Assembly: GCA_963826115.1 (NCBI GenBank) | Contig: CAWGVS010000005.1 | Span: 2,048,001 to 2,112,000, forward strand | DNA length: 64,000 nucleotides | Direction of reading: 5' to 3' | Origin: an uncultured Candidatus Rokubacteria bacterium | Lineage (GTDB): Bacteria > Methylomirabilota > Methylomirabilia > Rokubacteriales > DASRDR01 | Shown: in pieces, positions 1-9,818 of the stretch | Numbering within the stretch: the stretch's first letter is position 1 | How the letters are laid out: every line of letters begins with the position of its first letter | Program-made: the position numbers and the translations under genes | Notes under the pieces: model-generated | What the model was told of the DNA's origin: nothing | Databases searched by the model: none | The model's input: only the letters and a program-made list of their open reading frames with translations

Positions 1-1
1 A

Positions 2-433
2 GACGTCCCCGCCGAGCGGGCGCTCGACTACATCTGGGGCTACGTGGTCGTCAACGACGTGAGCGCGCGGGACTTCCAGATGGCGACCTCCCAGTGGATG
101 GCCGGCAAGGCCTGCGACACCTTCGCCCCGATGGGCCCGTGGATCGCGGATCGGGCCGAGGTTCCCGACCCGCACACCCTCGAGCTCCGCACCTGGGTGA
201 ACGGGACCAAGCTCCAGGACGGAAACTCGAAGAACCTCATCTACAACATCAACTATCTCGTCGCGTTCCTGTCCGCGAAGATGACCCTCTTGCCCGGCGA
301 CCTCGTCATCACCGGAACCCCCGCCGGCGTGGGCTTCACGCGAAAGCCGCCGGTCCTCCTCAAGGGCGGGGACCGCGTGCGGATGGAGATCACCGGGCTC
401 GGGACCCTGGACAACCCCGTCGTGGAGGCCTGA
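2..433 (+). CDS. Fumarylacetoacetate hydrolase family protein (5' partial)
   Basis: Frame open from window start; motifs NDVSARDFQ, GKACDTFAPMGP, TGTPAGVG. Confidence 0.9.
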   Translation, partial: DVPAERALDYIWGYVVVNDVSARDFQMATSQWMAGKACDTFAPMGPWIADRAEVPDPHTLELRTWVNGTKLQDGNSKNLIYNINYLVAFLSAKMTLLPGDLVITGTPAGVGFTRKPPVLLKGGDRVRMEITGLGTLDNPVVEA

Positions 434-772
434 CCTTCGCGCGGTTCCCCGGGTGCAGAGCGCGGACGCCGGGACGCTTCTGGCTGGCCGACGCGCTCCC
501 CGGTCTTGCGGGTCCGACGGACCTCCGGGTCCGTACCGGGCTCGCTTCCACAACCCCGTGGGGCTGACCGTTCGGTCACCTCGTCCGTCTGGCACGTCGC
601 CTGCAGTCCTTCTCCGGGGAGCCGCGCGGCGACGACGACGGTCGTTGTCTCGGGAGGCCCCGTCACCGGGCGCCGGACTTCCGCCAAGTGAGCATCGCGG
701 CTGGTGATTCAGCGGACAATCGAGGCCTACACGGAGCGCGCCGGGGACTGATGGCGGCGGCTCCATTGTGGC

Positions 773-3643
773 GTGGGGCACCCGAGAAGGAGACGCACCT
801 TGTCAGTCGGTCACCGGCTGAGTTGGCTCGGGCTGAGTCTCTGGGGCCTCTGTCACCTCGCCTCTCCAGTCGACGCCGCCACCCTTGGAATCGGCCTCGA
901 GCCCGTGGCCGGCCTGACGAACATCCCCAGTCCAGTGGCTCTTGCGCACGCCGGCGACTCGCGGCTGTTCATCGTCCTGAAGGGCGGCAAGATCCGCGTC
1001 TTCGATGGCACCGACACCACGACGTTTCTCGACATCTCCGGGCTCGTCAGCACTGACGGCGAGCGGGGGCTGCTGGGTCTTGCCTTCCACCCCAACTACG
1101 CGAGCAACGGCTTCTTCTTCGTCTACTACTCCAACTCGGGCGGGAACGAGGTCATCGCACGCTACAGCGTCTCCCCCGATCCGGACCTTGCCGATGCCGA
1201 CTCGGCACGGATTCTCTTGACCATCCCTCACCCGGGCCAGTCGAACCACAACGGCGGGGGTCTCGCATTCGGACCTGATGGTTACTTGTACGCCGCGGTC
1301 GGGGACGGTGGCAGCGCGGGCGATCCGCCGAACAACGCTCAGAACCTCGGAAAGTTCCTGGGCAAGATCCTTCGCCTCGACGTGGACGTGGCCGCCGGCT
1401 GCCCGCCAACATGCTATGAGATCCCGGCCACCAATCCCTTCCTCGAGTCCCCTGTCGACAACCCGGCGACGCTCCCGGAGATCTGGGCGTACGGTCTGCG
1501 CAATCCGTGGCGCATCACCTTCGACCGCTTGACCGGAGACCTCTTCATCGGCGATGTCGGTCAGGGCGCTCGGGAGGAGATCGACTTCCAGCCCGCCACG
1601 GGCTCAACGGGCGGGAGAAACTACGAATGGCGGTGCAAGGAGGGATTCGCGGACTTCAGCCCCTCGACGACCTGCTCTGGAACCCTGGTCCCACCGATTC
1701 TCGACTACGATCACGGCGAGGGCTGTGCCGTCACCGGCGGGTATCGCTACCGCGGGGCCCAGCTCCCCTCACTTCAGAAGGTGTACGTGTTCGGCGATTT
1801 CTGCAGCGGCACGATCTGGGGCGGGATCGAGGGGACCCCGGGTAACTGGAGCAGGGTCGTCCTGGTCGCCTCGGGGCTCCACGTCAGTAGCTTCGGCGAG
1901 GACGTGGACGGCGAGCTGTACGTCCTGGATCTCGGCGGCGGCGTCTATCGGATCGTGCCTCCGCGAGTCATCGTGACCCTGGCGGGGCCAGGCACCGGCG
2001 GCGTGTCGGGGGCTGGTGGCCTGGACTGCCCGGACACCTGCGCGGCCGAATACGAACCAGGGAGCCTCGTGGACCTCACCGTGAACGCCGCCTCTGACTC
2101 CCTGTTCGCGCAGTGGAGCGGCTCCTGCGAAGGTTCGGGGGCCTGTCACCTGACGATGGATGGAGACAAGGCGGTCACCGCGACGTTCAGCCTGCGGCCA
2201 TTCCTCGAGTTCAGCGCGGCCGGCTACACTGTCGGGGAAGGCGGCAGCGCGACGATCATGGTCAAGCGCCTCATCTCGACCGTGGGGACGGTGATGGTCG
2301 ATTACGCAATCCTGCCGGGGAGCGCGACCGCTCCCGCCGGGCCGGATCCCGACTACGGCATCCCTCAGACCGGCCTGGCCGGGACGCTGACGTTCACCCC
2401 GGGCCAGTCGAGCCGGACATTCACCATTCCGACCGTCAACGACACGCGCGCGGAGGGTCCGGAGACGATCCTGCTCGCCCTGAGCGGTCCGACAGACGGG
2501 GCGATCCTCGGCGCCCAGCACACGGCCGTCCTCACGATTCAGGATAACGACAGCGCGGGGAGCCTCCAGTTCGAGAAGGGCACGTATACCGTCAATGAAG
2601 GCGCGGGCACACTGACGATCAAGGTCAAGCGTTCCGGCGGCAAGGCGAGCGACGTCTCGGTGGATGTCATGGTGACCGGTGGAACCGCGACGCCCGGAGC
2701 GGACTACGCGATTCCGGACGCCCTAATCCCCAACTCGCTGGTGCGCCTCACCTTCGGAGCGAAGCAGACGTCGGCCAGCTTCACGATCGTGCCGGTCAAC
2801 GACGGCGACGTCGAGCCCGACAAGACCATCGAGCTCGGTCTCCAGAACCAGACGGGCGGCGCGGCGCTCGGAAGCCAAAAGACGACGACCGGCACGATAG
2901 TGGACAACGACCGTGTCGGGACGTTCCAGCTGACCAAAGCCGCCTACACAGTCGTGGAATCGAACGGGACAGTGCCGCTGGTCGTGACTCGAACTGGACC
3001 GACCGGGACGCCCGCGTCGGTGAACCTCGTCTTCAGTCCCGTTGATGCCGCCGCGGGAGTCTGCGGCGGCGCTGCCGACTACACGCCGCCCTCGTCACCA
3101 ACGGTCAGCTTCAGCACGGGACAGTCGAGCCGGACGATCGATGTTCCGATCTGCGTCGACACGACCCTCGAGCCGACGCCCGAGACCTTCACCGCGGAGC
3201 TGCAAGACCCATCCAGCGGGTATGTCCTCGGCGCGGTGAAGCAAGCGGTGGTCACGATCGTCGATGACCGGGTCCGGTTGAGCGCCGACAGCTACACCGT
3301 GGGCGAGGGTTCCGGTAGTGTGAAGCTGACGCTCCTCCGGCCAGCCGGCACGAACCAGCCCCTCACCGTCAACTACGCCGCGACAGCCCTCGGGCCAGGG
3401 CCGGGACACGCCACCGCGGCGCCCACTCCATCGGCCTGCGCCCCGGGCGCGGACTTCCGGCCCGTGAACGGGGCCGTCACGTTCGGGTCCGGCCAGACCT
3501 CGATGACCGTGAGCATCCGCCTGTGCCCCGACAGCCTGGTGGAGGGGGACGAGACGTTCACGGCTGCCCTGACCGGCCCGTCGACCGCCGTAGGCGACCC
3601 CGGGAGCGCGTCCGTCAAGATCCTGGACAACGATGGCCCCTGA
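773..3643 (+). CDS. Secreted PQQ-dependent sugar dehydrogenase-like beta-propeller with InlB-B-like repeat and about four Calx-beta domains
   Basis: Signal-peptide-like N-terminus; ERGLLGLAFHP, HNGG, YGLRNPWR motifs; Cys-rich bacterial repeat; repeated LTF.PGQ..(D/E)..EG.ET Calx-beta motifs. Start uncertain. Confidence 0.85.
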   Translation: MGHPRRRRTLSVGHRLSWLGLSLWGLCHLASPVDAATLGIGLEPVAGLTNIPSPVALAHAGDSRLFIVLKGGKIRVFDGTDTTTFLDISGLVSTDGERGLLGLAFHPNYASNGFFFVYYSNSGGNEVIARYSVSPDPDLADADSARILLTIPHPGQSNHNGGGLAFGPDGYLYAAVGDGGSAGDPPNNAQNLGKFLGKILRLDVDVAAGCPPTCYEIPATNPFLESPVDNPATLPEIWAYGLRNPWRITFDRLTGDLFIGDVGQGAREEIDFQPATGSTGGRNYEWRCKEGFADFSPSTTCSGTLVPPILDYDHGEGCAVTGGYRYRGAQLPSLQKVYVFGDFCSGTIWGGIEGTPGNWSRVVLVASGLHVSSFGEDVDGELYVLDLGGGVYRIVPPRVIVTLAGPGTGGVSGAGGLDCPDTCAAEYEPGSLVDLTVNAASDSLFAQWSGSCEGSGACHLTMDGDKAVTATFSLRPFLEFSAAGYTVGEGGSATIMVKRLISTVGTVMVDYAILPGSATAPAGPDPDYGIPQTGLAGTLTFTPGQSSRTFTIPTVNDTRAEGPETILLALSGPTDGAILGAQHTAVLTIQDNDSAGSLQFEKGTYTVNEGAGTLTIKVKRSGGKASDVSVDVMVTGGTATPGADYAIPDALIPNSLVRLTFGAKQTSASFTIVPVNDGDVEPDKTIELGLQNQTGGAALGSQKTTTGTIVDNDRVGTFQLTKAAYTVVESNGTVPLVVTRTGPTGTPASVNLVFSPVDAAAGVCGGAADYTPPSSPTVSFSTGQSSRTIDVPICVDTTLEPTPETFTAELQDPSSGYVLGAVKQAVVTIVDDRVRLSADSYTVGEGSGSVKLTLLRPAGTNQPLTVNYAATALGPGPGHATAAPTPSACAPGADFRPVNGAVTFGSGQTSMTVSIRLCPDSLVEGDETFTAALTGPSTAVGDPGSASVKILDNDGP

Positions 3644-3790
3644 GGTAGAGCGCCATCAGCTACACGGTGCTCGGCCAGCCGGGGTAGTCGCGGGAAGCTG
3701 CGGAACCCACGCCAGTCGGCGGGAGTGAACGACGCGCGCAAGCGCCAGATACGCTGGAGAGGTCCACGGGAGTCGCGGACGGCGAAGCGG

Positions 3791-4705
3791 TTATCGCGAG
3801 CGGCTGCGAACGACCCGGGCGATGAGACGGATGTGCTCGGGCGTCGACCCGCAGCACCCGCCGACCACGGTGGCGCCCGCGTCGAGAAGCGCCGGGTACT
3901 CGCGAGCCATCGCCTCGGGGTCGAGCTCGTAGGTCACCTGGTCGCCGGTCGTGATCGGGAGGCCCGCGTTCGGATAGGCCACCAGCGGCGCGTCGGTCAC
4001 TGCGCGCATCTCGCGGATGATGGCAATGGCGCGGTCGGGTCCACGGCCGCAGTTCATTCCCACCACGTCGGCCCCGGTGGCGAGGAGGTTCTTCGCGACC
4101 TCGGCGGGGCTCTCGCCCCACATGGTCCGGTCGCGGTCGTGGAGCTCCTCGTACTGGAAGAACATCGTGGCCATGACGGGCAGCCCCGTCGTCCTGCAGG
4201 CGCGCACCGCGGCGACGGCCTCCTGCGGGAACATCATCGTCTCCACGGCGAAGAAATCGACGCCGCCCTCCGCCAGGGCCTCGGCCTGCTCGCGGAACGT
4301 GTCGAGGTACTCCTCGTCCGTCGTGTCACCCAGGGGCTCGTACTCGGCCGGGAGGCGGCTGGTCGGGCCGACCGACCCGGCCACGTAGCCGTGGGGGGGC
4401 GCCGCCGCGCGCACCAGCCGCGCGCCCCGCTCGTTGAGCTCGCGAGTTCGGTCGCCGAGCCCGTACTCGTTCAGCTTGAGGCGCGAGCCACCGAACGTGT
4501 TGGTCTCGACGAGGTCCGAGCCGGCATCGAAGTAGCCCTGGTGGATGCTCCGGACGACATCGGCATGCGTGTCGTTCCAGAGCTCGGGGCATGCGCCATT
4601 CGCGAGACCGGCCGCGAACAGCATCGTGCCGTAGCCCCCATCGAAAACGAGCAGCTCGCCGGCTCGGACGCGCGCGAGCCACTCCCGGCCCCGGCTCGCG
4701 CTCAT
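3791..4705 (-). CDS. Homocysteine S-methyltransferase family protein (stand-alone MetH N-terminal-like domain)
   Basis: DGGYGT, ETNTFG, GMNC, YPNAGLP, GGCCG Zn ligands. Confidence 0.9.
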   Translation of the reverse strand: MSASRGREWLARVRAGELLVFDGGYGTMLFAAGLANGACPELWNDTHADVVRSIHQGYFDAGSDLVETNTFGGSRLKLNEYGLGDRTRELNERGARLVRAAAPPHGYVAGSVGPTSRLPAEYEPLGDTTDEEYLDTFREQAEALAEGGVDFFAVETMMFPQEAVAAVRACRTTGLPVMATMFFQYEELHDRDRTMWGESPAEVAKNLLATGADVVGMNCGRGPDRAIAIIREMRAVTDAPLVAYPNAGLPITTGDQVTYELDPEAMAREYPALLDAGATVVGGCCGSTPEHIRLIARVVRSRSR

Positions 4706-4720
4706 CCCCGCGTCTCCACC

Positions 4721-5398
4721 CTACCCGGGCGCCGCCACCGGGGCGGTCGACAGCTCTTTGGCCCGCACCACGGCGAGCGTCGCGTCCCTGGCGTGGCCGT
4801 CGGCGCCGATCTCGTCGGCGAAGGCCGGGCTGACCGGCGCTCCGCCGACCATGACCTTCACGCGGTCCCTGAGCCCCGCGCGGGTGAGGGCGTCGAGCGT
4901 GCGCTTCATCCCGGGCATCGTGGTGGTCATGAGGGCCGAGATGCCGACGATGGTGGCGCCGTGCTCCTCGACGGCGGCGCAGAACTTCTCGGGAGAGACG
5001 TCGCGACCGAGATTCACGACCTTGAAGCCCGCGCCTTCCAGCATCATGGCGACCAGGTTCTTGCCGATGTCATGGAGGTCGCCCTGAGCCGTGCCGATCA
5101 CGACTGTGCCGAGATATTCAGTCGTCGAGCCCGCGGTCAGGAGCGGCTTGAGAAGGTCGAGGCCGGCGTACATCGCCCGTGCCGAGAGCAGCACCTGCGG
5201 CACGTAGTACTCGTTGCGGCGAAACTTCTCCCCGACCACGTCCATCCCCGGGATCAGCCCCTTGAAGATGATCTGCTTCGGATCGAGCCCGGCATCGAGC
5301 CCCTCGCGGGTCATCTGGCCGACGGTGTCGCGGTCGCCCAGGATGAGGGCGCGCGCGATCCTCGGGTAATCGTAGCGAGTGTCGTCGGGAGCCGTCAT
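4721..5398 (-). CDS. Stand-alone corrinoid (B12-binding) protein
   Basis: Cap domain (LIPGMDVVGEKF) plus GDLHDIGKNLV and SALMTTTM, VGGAPV motifs. Confidence 0.9.
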   Translation of the reverse strand: MTAPDDTRYDYPRIARALILGDRDTVGQMTREGLDAGLDPKQIIFKGLIPGMDVVGEKFRRNEYYVPQVLLSARAMYAGLDLLKPLLTAGSTTEYLGTVVIGTAQGDLHDIGKNLVAMMLEGAGFKVVNLGRDVSPEKFCAAVEEHGATIVGISALMTTTMPGMKRTLDALTRAGLRDRVKVMVGGAPVSPAFADEIGADGHARDATLAVVRAKELSTAPVAAPG

Positions 5399-5553
5399 CG
5401 CTCCGGGTTGTATCACGGGGCATGGACCGACACAAGCTTCGCGGCCAAAACCTGGTCGGTCGGTGGCCTTCGTGGCCGGGAGGGGCGCGACGCGCGCCCG
5501 CATCGCCGCGCCGCTCTCCGGACGCCAGCGTCAGGACATCAGGCCGAGGTGCG

Positions 5554-5700
5554 TCAGGGCGCCACTATGACGAGGTTCCTGACCCGCTCGAAAACTGGCT
5601 CCGGCACGGCCTTCTTCAGGTCCTCGACCTGCTTGAATGGCCTCGTGGCCTTGATCTTCTTGACCATGTCGTCGCTCCCCACCCGGCAGCGCCGAGCACC
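5554..5700 (-). pseudogene. Remnant or frameshifted ComEA-like helix-hairpin-helix protein
   Basis: ALPG followed after a frameshift by GSDDMVKKIKATRPFKQVEDLKK; N-terminal part not recognisable. Confidence 0.5.
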
Positions 5701-5799
5701 CCGGACATTCCCAGTGTGTCGCGCGGACCGCCCCGCGTTCATGGGACTTTGGTCCAACTCCGCCAACGTCAGCAGGGAATGGGAACATCCGCCCGCTGG

Positions 5800-6741
5800 C
5801 TATCTCGCCGGGTCGTGGGCGAGAAGATCCACCCGACGCGCCGAGAGCACGCAGCGCTCGTTCTCCAGGCAGTCCGGCGTGACCGGCTCGGCGTGCACGA
5901 CGACGTGAGCCCCCGGGATCGTCGCCGCGATCTCCTTCTCGACGTGGTCCACGAGGTCGTGCGCCTCGCCGAGCGGCAGGTGCCGGCAGGCCAGGATCGT
6001 GAAGTCGATCTGCCGCTGGGAGCCGGAGCGCCGAGTCCGGAGGCTCCTGTGGCCGACGACGAACCGGTGGCGGTGGATCACCTCCTCGATCGCGCGCTGC
6101 TCCGCCTCCGGGAGGGCCGCGTCCATCAGGTCGTTGATCGAGCGCACGAGGAGCCGGTATGCGGAGCCGAGGATGACGCAGGCCACCGCGATTCCGATCA
6201 CGGCGTCCCACACCCCGGAGCCAGTCACCCAGAGGAGCGCGAGGCCAACCATCACGCCGGCGTTGGTCCAGACGTCCGTCTGGTAGTGGAGCGCGTCGGC
6301 GATGAGGACGACCGAGTCGGTTTCCCGGCCGACCCGGCGCAGATGCCGCGTGACCAGCCAGCTGACCACGGTTGCCACGCCCATGACCGCAATGCCCCAC
6401 TCCGCGTGCTCGGGCCGGGCGCCCCGGAGCAGCCGCCGGACCGCCTCCACCAGTAGCCCGCCACCCACGACCGAGATGACCGCCGTCTGCAGGAGCCCGG
6501 CCAGGTTTTCCGCCTTGCCGTGCCCGAAGGGGTGCCCCTCGTCGGCGGGAGAGTCGGCGATCCGGATGGACAGGAGGTTGAAGCTCGAGATCGCCACGTC
6601 GAACAGGGAATCGGCGGCGGCCGAAAGAAGGCCGATCGAGTTCGTCGCGAGCCCGACCCCGAGCTTTCCCGCCGCCAGCGCCGCGGCGGCGCCGATCGCC
6701 ACTCGCTCGGCGCGAATCTTCGGCGAGGCCGCCGTGCTCAT
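5800..6741 (-). CDS. Cation diffusion facilitator (FieF-like) metal efflux transporter
   Basis: HPFGHGKAE, ADALHYQTD, HDLVDHVE, VVVHAEP. Confidence 0.92.
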   Translation of the reverse strand: MSTAASPKIRAERVAIGAAAALAAGKLGVGLATNSIGLLSAAADSLFDVAISSFNLLSIRIADSPADEGHPFGHGKAENLAGLLQTAVISVVGGGLLVEAVRRLLRGARPEHAEWGIAVMGVATVVSWLVTRHLRRVGRETDSVVLIADALHYQTDVWTNAGVMVGLALLWVTGSGVWDAVIGIAVACVILGSAYRLLVRSINDLMDAALPEAEQRAIEEVIHRHRFVVGHRSLRTRRSGSQRQIDFTILACRHLPLGEAHDLVDHVEKEIAATIPGAHVVVHAEPVTPDCLENERCVLSARRVDLLAHDPAR

Positions 6742-6747
6742 ACGCCG

Positions 6748-6756
6748 ATCTTAGCA
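6748..6756 (-). promoter_or_regulatory. Extended -10 element (TGcTAAGAT) 6 nt before the CDF start codon; probable leaderless transcript
   Basis: Minus strand reads TGC TAAGAT CGGCGT ATG with no Shine-Dalgarno. Confidence 0.55.
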
Positions 6757-6799
6757 GCCCCGCGTGAGACGACGCGGGGTTCGATCGGCGGGCTGCCGC

Positions 6800-7591
6800 T
6801 CAGCCGCGAGCGGCCTTCCAGGACTCCAGGAGCTCGGCGAGGTCCCGGACGACCATGTCCGCCTGCCCAGGCTCGTGGCGCTCGCCCACCGGATCGACCC
6901 ACACGGTGACCATCCCCGCCGCGCGGCCCCCGGCAACGTCGGTCGTCAGGCTGTCGCCGACCATCATCGCCTCCGGGGGCCGACAGCCAAGGCGCTCGAG
7001 GGCCATCTCGAAGATGGGGGCGTGGGGTTTCCCCACCACGACGGGACGGGCGCCGCCGGCCACGGCGACGGCCTCCGTCAAGGCGCCGCAGCCGGGGTCG
7101 AACTCTCCCGGCGCCACCGGGAGGCGCGGATCGAGGTTGACCGTGAAGAGCGTCGCGCCCGCGGCCACGGCGCGCGAGGCGGCCCGCAGACGGCCGAAGT
7201 CGAAGAGCGGATCGTTGCCGACCGCCACGACCCGCGCCCGTCGCCAATCATCGAAGTCCACCACGCTGTGCCCGGCCGCTTCGAGGACTTCCCGCATCTC
7301 CCGGGTGCCGAGCGGCAGCACGGCCGCGGGTCCGACCCGGCGCCGGATCGCCTCTCCCAGGAGGTCGAGGGCCGCGAGCACGTCCTTCGCCTCCGCCGTG
7401 ATACCCAGCCGCGAGAGGCGCTCCGCGATCTGACTCGCGCGCTCCCGCGAGCTGTTGGTGACGAAGACCACCCCGCGGCCGTCGGCGCGGAGCGCCTCCA
7501 CCAGCTCGCGGGCCCCGGGAAGCAAGGTCGACCCAGCCCAGATGCAGCCGTCGAGATCGAACGCAAAGCCGCGAAGCGCGGCGAGCCGCAT
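6800..7591 (-). CDS. HAD-IIA family hydrolase (NagD-like)
   Basis: FDLDGC, VTNSS, VGKPH, MVGDSLTTDV. Confidence 0.9.
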   Translation of the reverse strand: MRLAALRGFAFDLDGCIWAGSTLLPGARELVEALRADGRGVVFVTNSSRERASQIAERLSRLGITAEAKDVLAALDLLGEAIRRRVGPAAVLPLGTREMREVLEAAGHSVVDFDDWRRARVVAVGNDPLFDFGRLRAASRAVAAGATLFTVNLDPRLPVAPGEFDPGCGALTEAVAVAGGARPVVVGKPHAPIFEMALERLGCRPPEAMMVGDSLTTDVAGGRAAGMVTVWVDPVGERHEPGQADMVVRDLAELLESWKAARG

Positions 7592-7596
7592 CGGAC

Positions 7597-7881
7597 TCAG
7601 GTCCTGACCTTCTCGGCGTTCGGACGCCCGAAGGGGCAACCGACGAGCTGGGCGACCCGCAGGCAGACGAGATCGCGAAGCTCCGCCGGAAGCTGTCCCG
7701 ACTTCTCAAGGGCGATCGACAGCCCTGCCGCTGCGCGCACCAGGGGCGGGCAGTGCGCCATCACCAGCGTGGGCGCGAGCGGGGCGCCCCACTGCCGCGT
7801 CTGCCGCCCCAGGACCTCTTGGATCTCGGGCGGGGCCGCCGCGGAATCAATCGGCGGAATGCGGCCGGTGACCTCGCCCAT
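7597..7881 (-). CDS. Carboxymuconolactone decarboxylase/AhpD-like protein, apparently truncated after CPF
   Basis: MAHCPPLVRA...LPAELRDLVCLRVAQLVGCPF; the typical CxxC and C-terminal half are absent. Confidence 0.7.
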   Translation of the reverse strand: MGEVTGRIPPIDSAAAPPEIQEVLGRQTRQWGAPLAPTLVMAHCPPLVRAAAGLSIALEKSGQLPAELRDLVCLRVAQLVGCPFGRPNAEKVRT

Positions 7882-7940
7882 CGCCGACTACCCGGCCAGT
7901 ACCGGGGCCGACCGCGGGAGCGTGACGCGCGGCCTGCGGC

Positions 7941-8723
7941 TCATGGGCGGATGTCCTGACGGAATCGCGTGACGATGTCCTGACTCCCCTGCACCACCAG
8001 CGAGGTATCCGAGCCGAGCGTCAGGAACTGGTAGCCCTTCCCGTACAGCTCGCGCGCCTGCTCCCAGCCCCGCGTGATGTTGCCGAGGGCGAGGCCGGCC
8101 GCGCGCGTCGACGCCTCCACCCGAGCGAAGGCCGCCTGCACGTCCGGGTGGGCGGGATTCCCCATGTGTCCGAGCGCGGTCGACAGGTCTCCCGGCCCGA
8201 TGAAGATCACGTCGATCCCGGGAACCCGCACGATCTGGTCGATCTCCTCTACGGCCGTCCGCGTCTCCACCTGGAGAACGACGAGGATCTCCTCGTTTGC
8301 GCGCTTCCAGTACTCCGCCGCGTGCCGCCCGTAGCCGCCGGCGCGATGGCTACCCGCGATTCCCCGGATGCCATCGGGCGGGTACTTGGCGGCGCGCACG
8401 GCCGCCTCGGCGTCGGCGCGGCCCCCGATCCATGGCACCATGACGCCGTAGGCACCCATGTCGAGCACTCGCTTGATGATGGCCGGGTCGTTCCACTGGA
8501 CGCGGACCACCGGGATCGCCTCGCTCCCCTCGATCGCCTGTAACTGGGCGAGCAGCGTCTGGAGGTCGCCGTGCCCGTGCTCCATGTCGACGAGGAGCCA
8601 ATCGAAGCCGGCTCGGCTCATGATCTCGGCGCTGATCCCGCTGCACAAGTGGAGCCAGGCGCCCGAGGTCGGGCGCCCCTCGCGGAGCGCGCGCTTGACG
8701 TGATTGGTCTTCACCCAGCTCAC
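7941..8723 (-). CDS. HpcH/HpaI aldolase family protein
   Basis: GFDWLLVDMEHG, KYPPDGIRG, QVET, FIGPGDLS; GGAGG before GTG 8723. Confidence 0.9.
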   Translation of the reverse strand: MSWVKTNHVKRALREGRPTSGAWLHLCSGISAEIMSRAGFDWLLVDMEHGHGDLQTLLAQLQAIEGSEAIPVVRVQWNDPAIIKRVLDMGAYGVMVPWIGGRADAEAAVRAAKYPPDGIRGIAGSHRAGGYGRHAAEYWKRANEEILVVLQVETRTAVEEIDQIVRVPGIDVIFIGPGDLSTALGHMGNPAHPDVQAAFARVEASTRAAGLALGNITRGWEQARELYGKGYQFLTLGSDTSLVVQGSQDIVTRFRQDIRP

Positions 8724-8908
8724 TCGGTCCTCCACGCGAGCGCCGTGAAGACACTCGCCAAACTTGACTTTTCTCGGTGTGCTGTGGGATATATCCCCGA
8801 CACGGACGGGATCTCTGGGCTCGCCAGACGGCGGGCCATCCACGAGGGGGCGGCCACGGCACCGGTCACTATACGGCAGGGCGCGAGGGCCTGACAACCG
8901 TCGCCCTT

Positions 8909-9679
8909 ATGCTCCTCGAGATCCTCGGCTGCCATGGTGGCAGTGTGCCGAAGCGGCGCCTGCCCAGCTTTCTCATCAACGGCCACGTCCTCCTCGAGGC
9001 GGGCTCGGTGACGAGTGCGCTGCCCCTCGGCGCCCAGGCCGGTATCGAGCATGTCCTCGTCTCCCACGCTCATCTCGACCACACGGTGGGGCTGGCGTTC
9101 CTGGTCGACAACATCCAGTCGACCCAGACCGCAGCCGGTCGGAACGCCGCCGTGACGGCAGCGTCCATCGCGCCCGTGGTCGACGACCTCCGCAGCTACT
9201 GCTTCAACAACCGCCTGTGGCCGGACTTCACGAAGCTACCGACGCCCGAGGACCCCGCGCTCAGGCTTCAGACCCTGCGCGAGCGTGAGCCGATCGAGTT
9301 CGGATCGCTGACAGTGGTTCCGGTGCCCGTCCACCACACCGTCCCTGCCACCGGCTTCATCATCCACGACGGCACCGCCGGCCTGGTGTTCTCGGGGGAC
9401 ACGGGTCCCACCGACGAGATCTGGAAGGTGGCCCGAGAGTTCAAGGGCATTCACGCGATCATCGTGGAGACCGCCTTCCCGAACCGCCTGGAGGACCTTG
9501 CCACCGTCTCCGGCCACTTCACGCCGGCCCTGCTCCAGCGCGAGATGGACAGGATGCCGGACGCGCCACTGTGGATCTACCACATCAAGCCGGCTCACTT
9601 CGAGGAGACGGCGGAAGAACTCGAGCGGCTGGGTGACCGCATTCACATCCTGGAGCAGGACCAGACCCACACCTTCTGA
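8909..9679 (+). CDS. Metallo-beta-lactamase fold, class II cyclic-nucleotide phosphodiesterase-like protein
   Basis: ILGCHGG, SHAHLDH, FNNRLWPDF, SGDTGPT, YHIKP. Confidence 0.85.
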   Translation: MLLEILGCHGGSVPKRRLPSFLINGHVLLEAGSVTSALPLGAQAGIEHVLVSHAHLDHTVGLAFLVDNIQSTQTAAGRNAAVTAASIAPVVDDLRSYCFNNRLWPDFTKLPTPEDPALRLQTLREREPIEFGSLTVVPVPVHHTVPATGFIIHDGTAGLVFSGDTGPTDEIWKVAREFKGIHAIIVETAFPNRLEDLATVSGHFTPALLQREMDRMPDAPLWIYHIKPAHFEETAEELERLGDRIHILEQDQTHTF

Positions 9680-9818
9680 GGCCAGCCCCGCGCGCGACCG
9701 CGCGCCGCCGGCCGGCCCGCAGCGAGCGGGACCACCCGGGACCGCCGCGCTCACCGGGCAGCGCCCGCGCCGGGTCGGTGCGGGGGTACGGCCTTCGGCC
9801 TACGCTCCCTTCGAGGGC

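Noticed and set aside
434-772. Intergenic hairpins (e.g. TGACCG-TT-CGGTCA) as a possible riboswitch
   Set aside because: No conserved riboswitch motif recognised; needs an Rfam/Infernal scan
3725-5908. 727-aa plus-strand ORF
   Set aside because: Antisense shadow of clear minus-strand genes; Arg/Gly/Ala-rich with no motifs, typical of high-GC DNA
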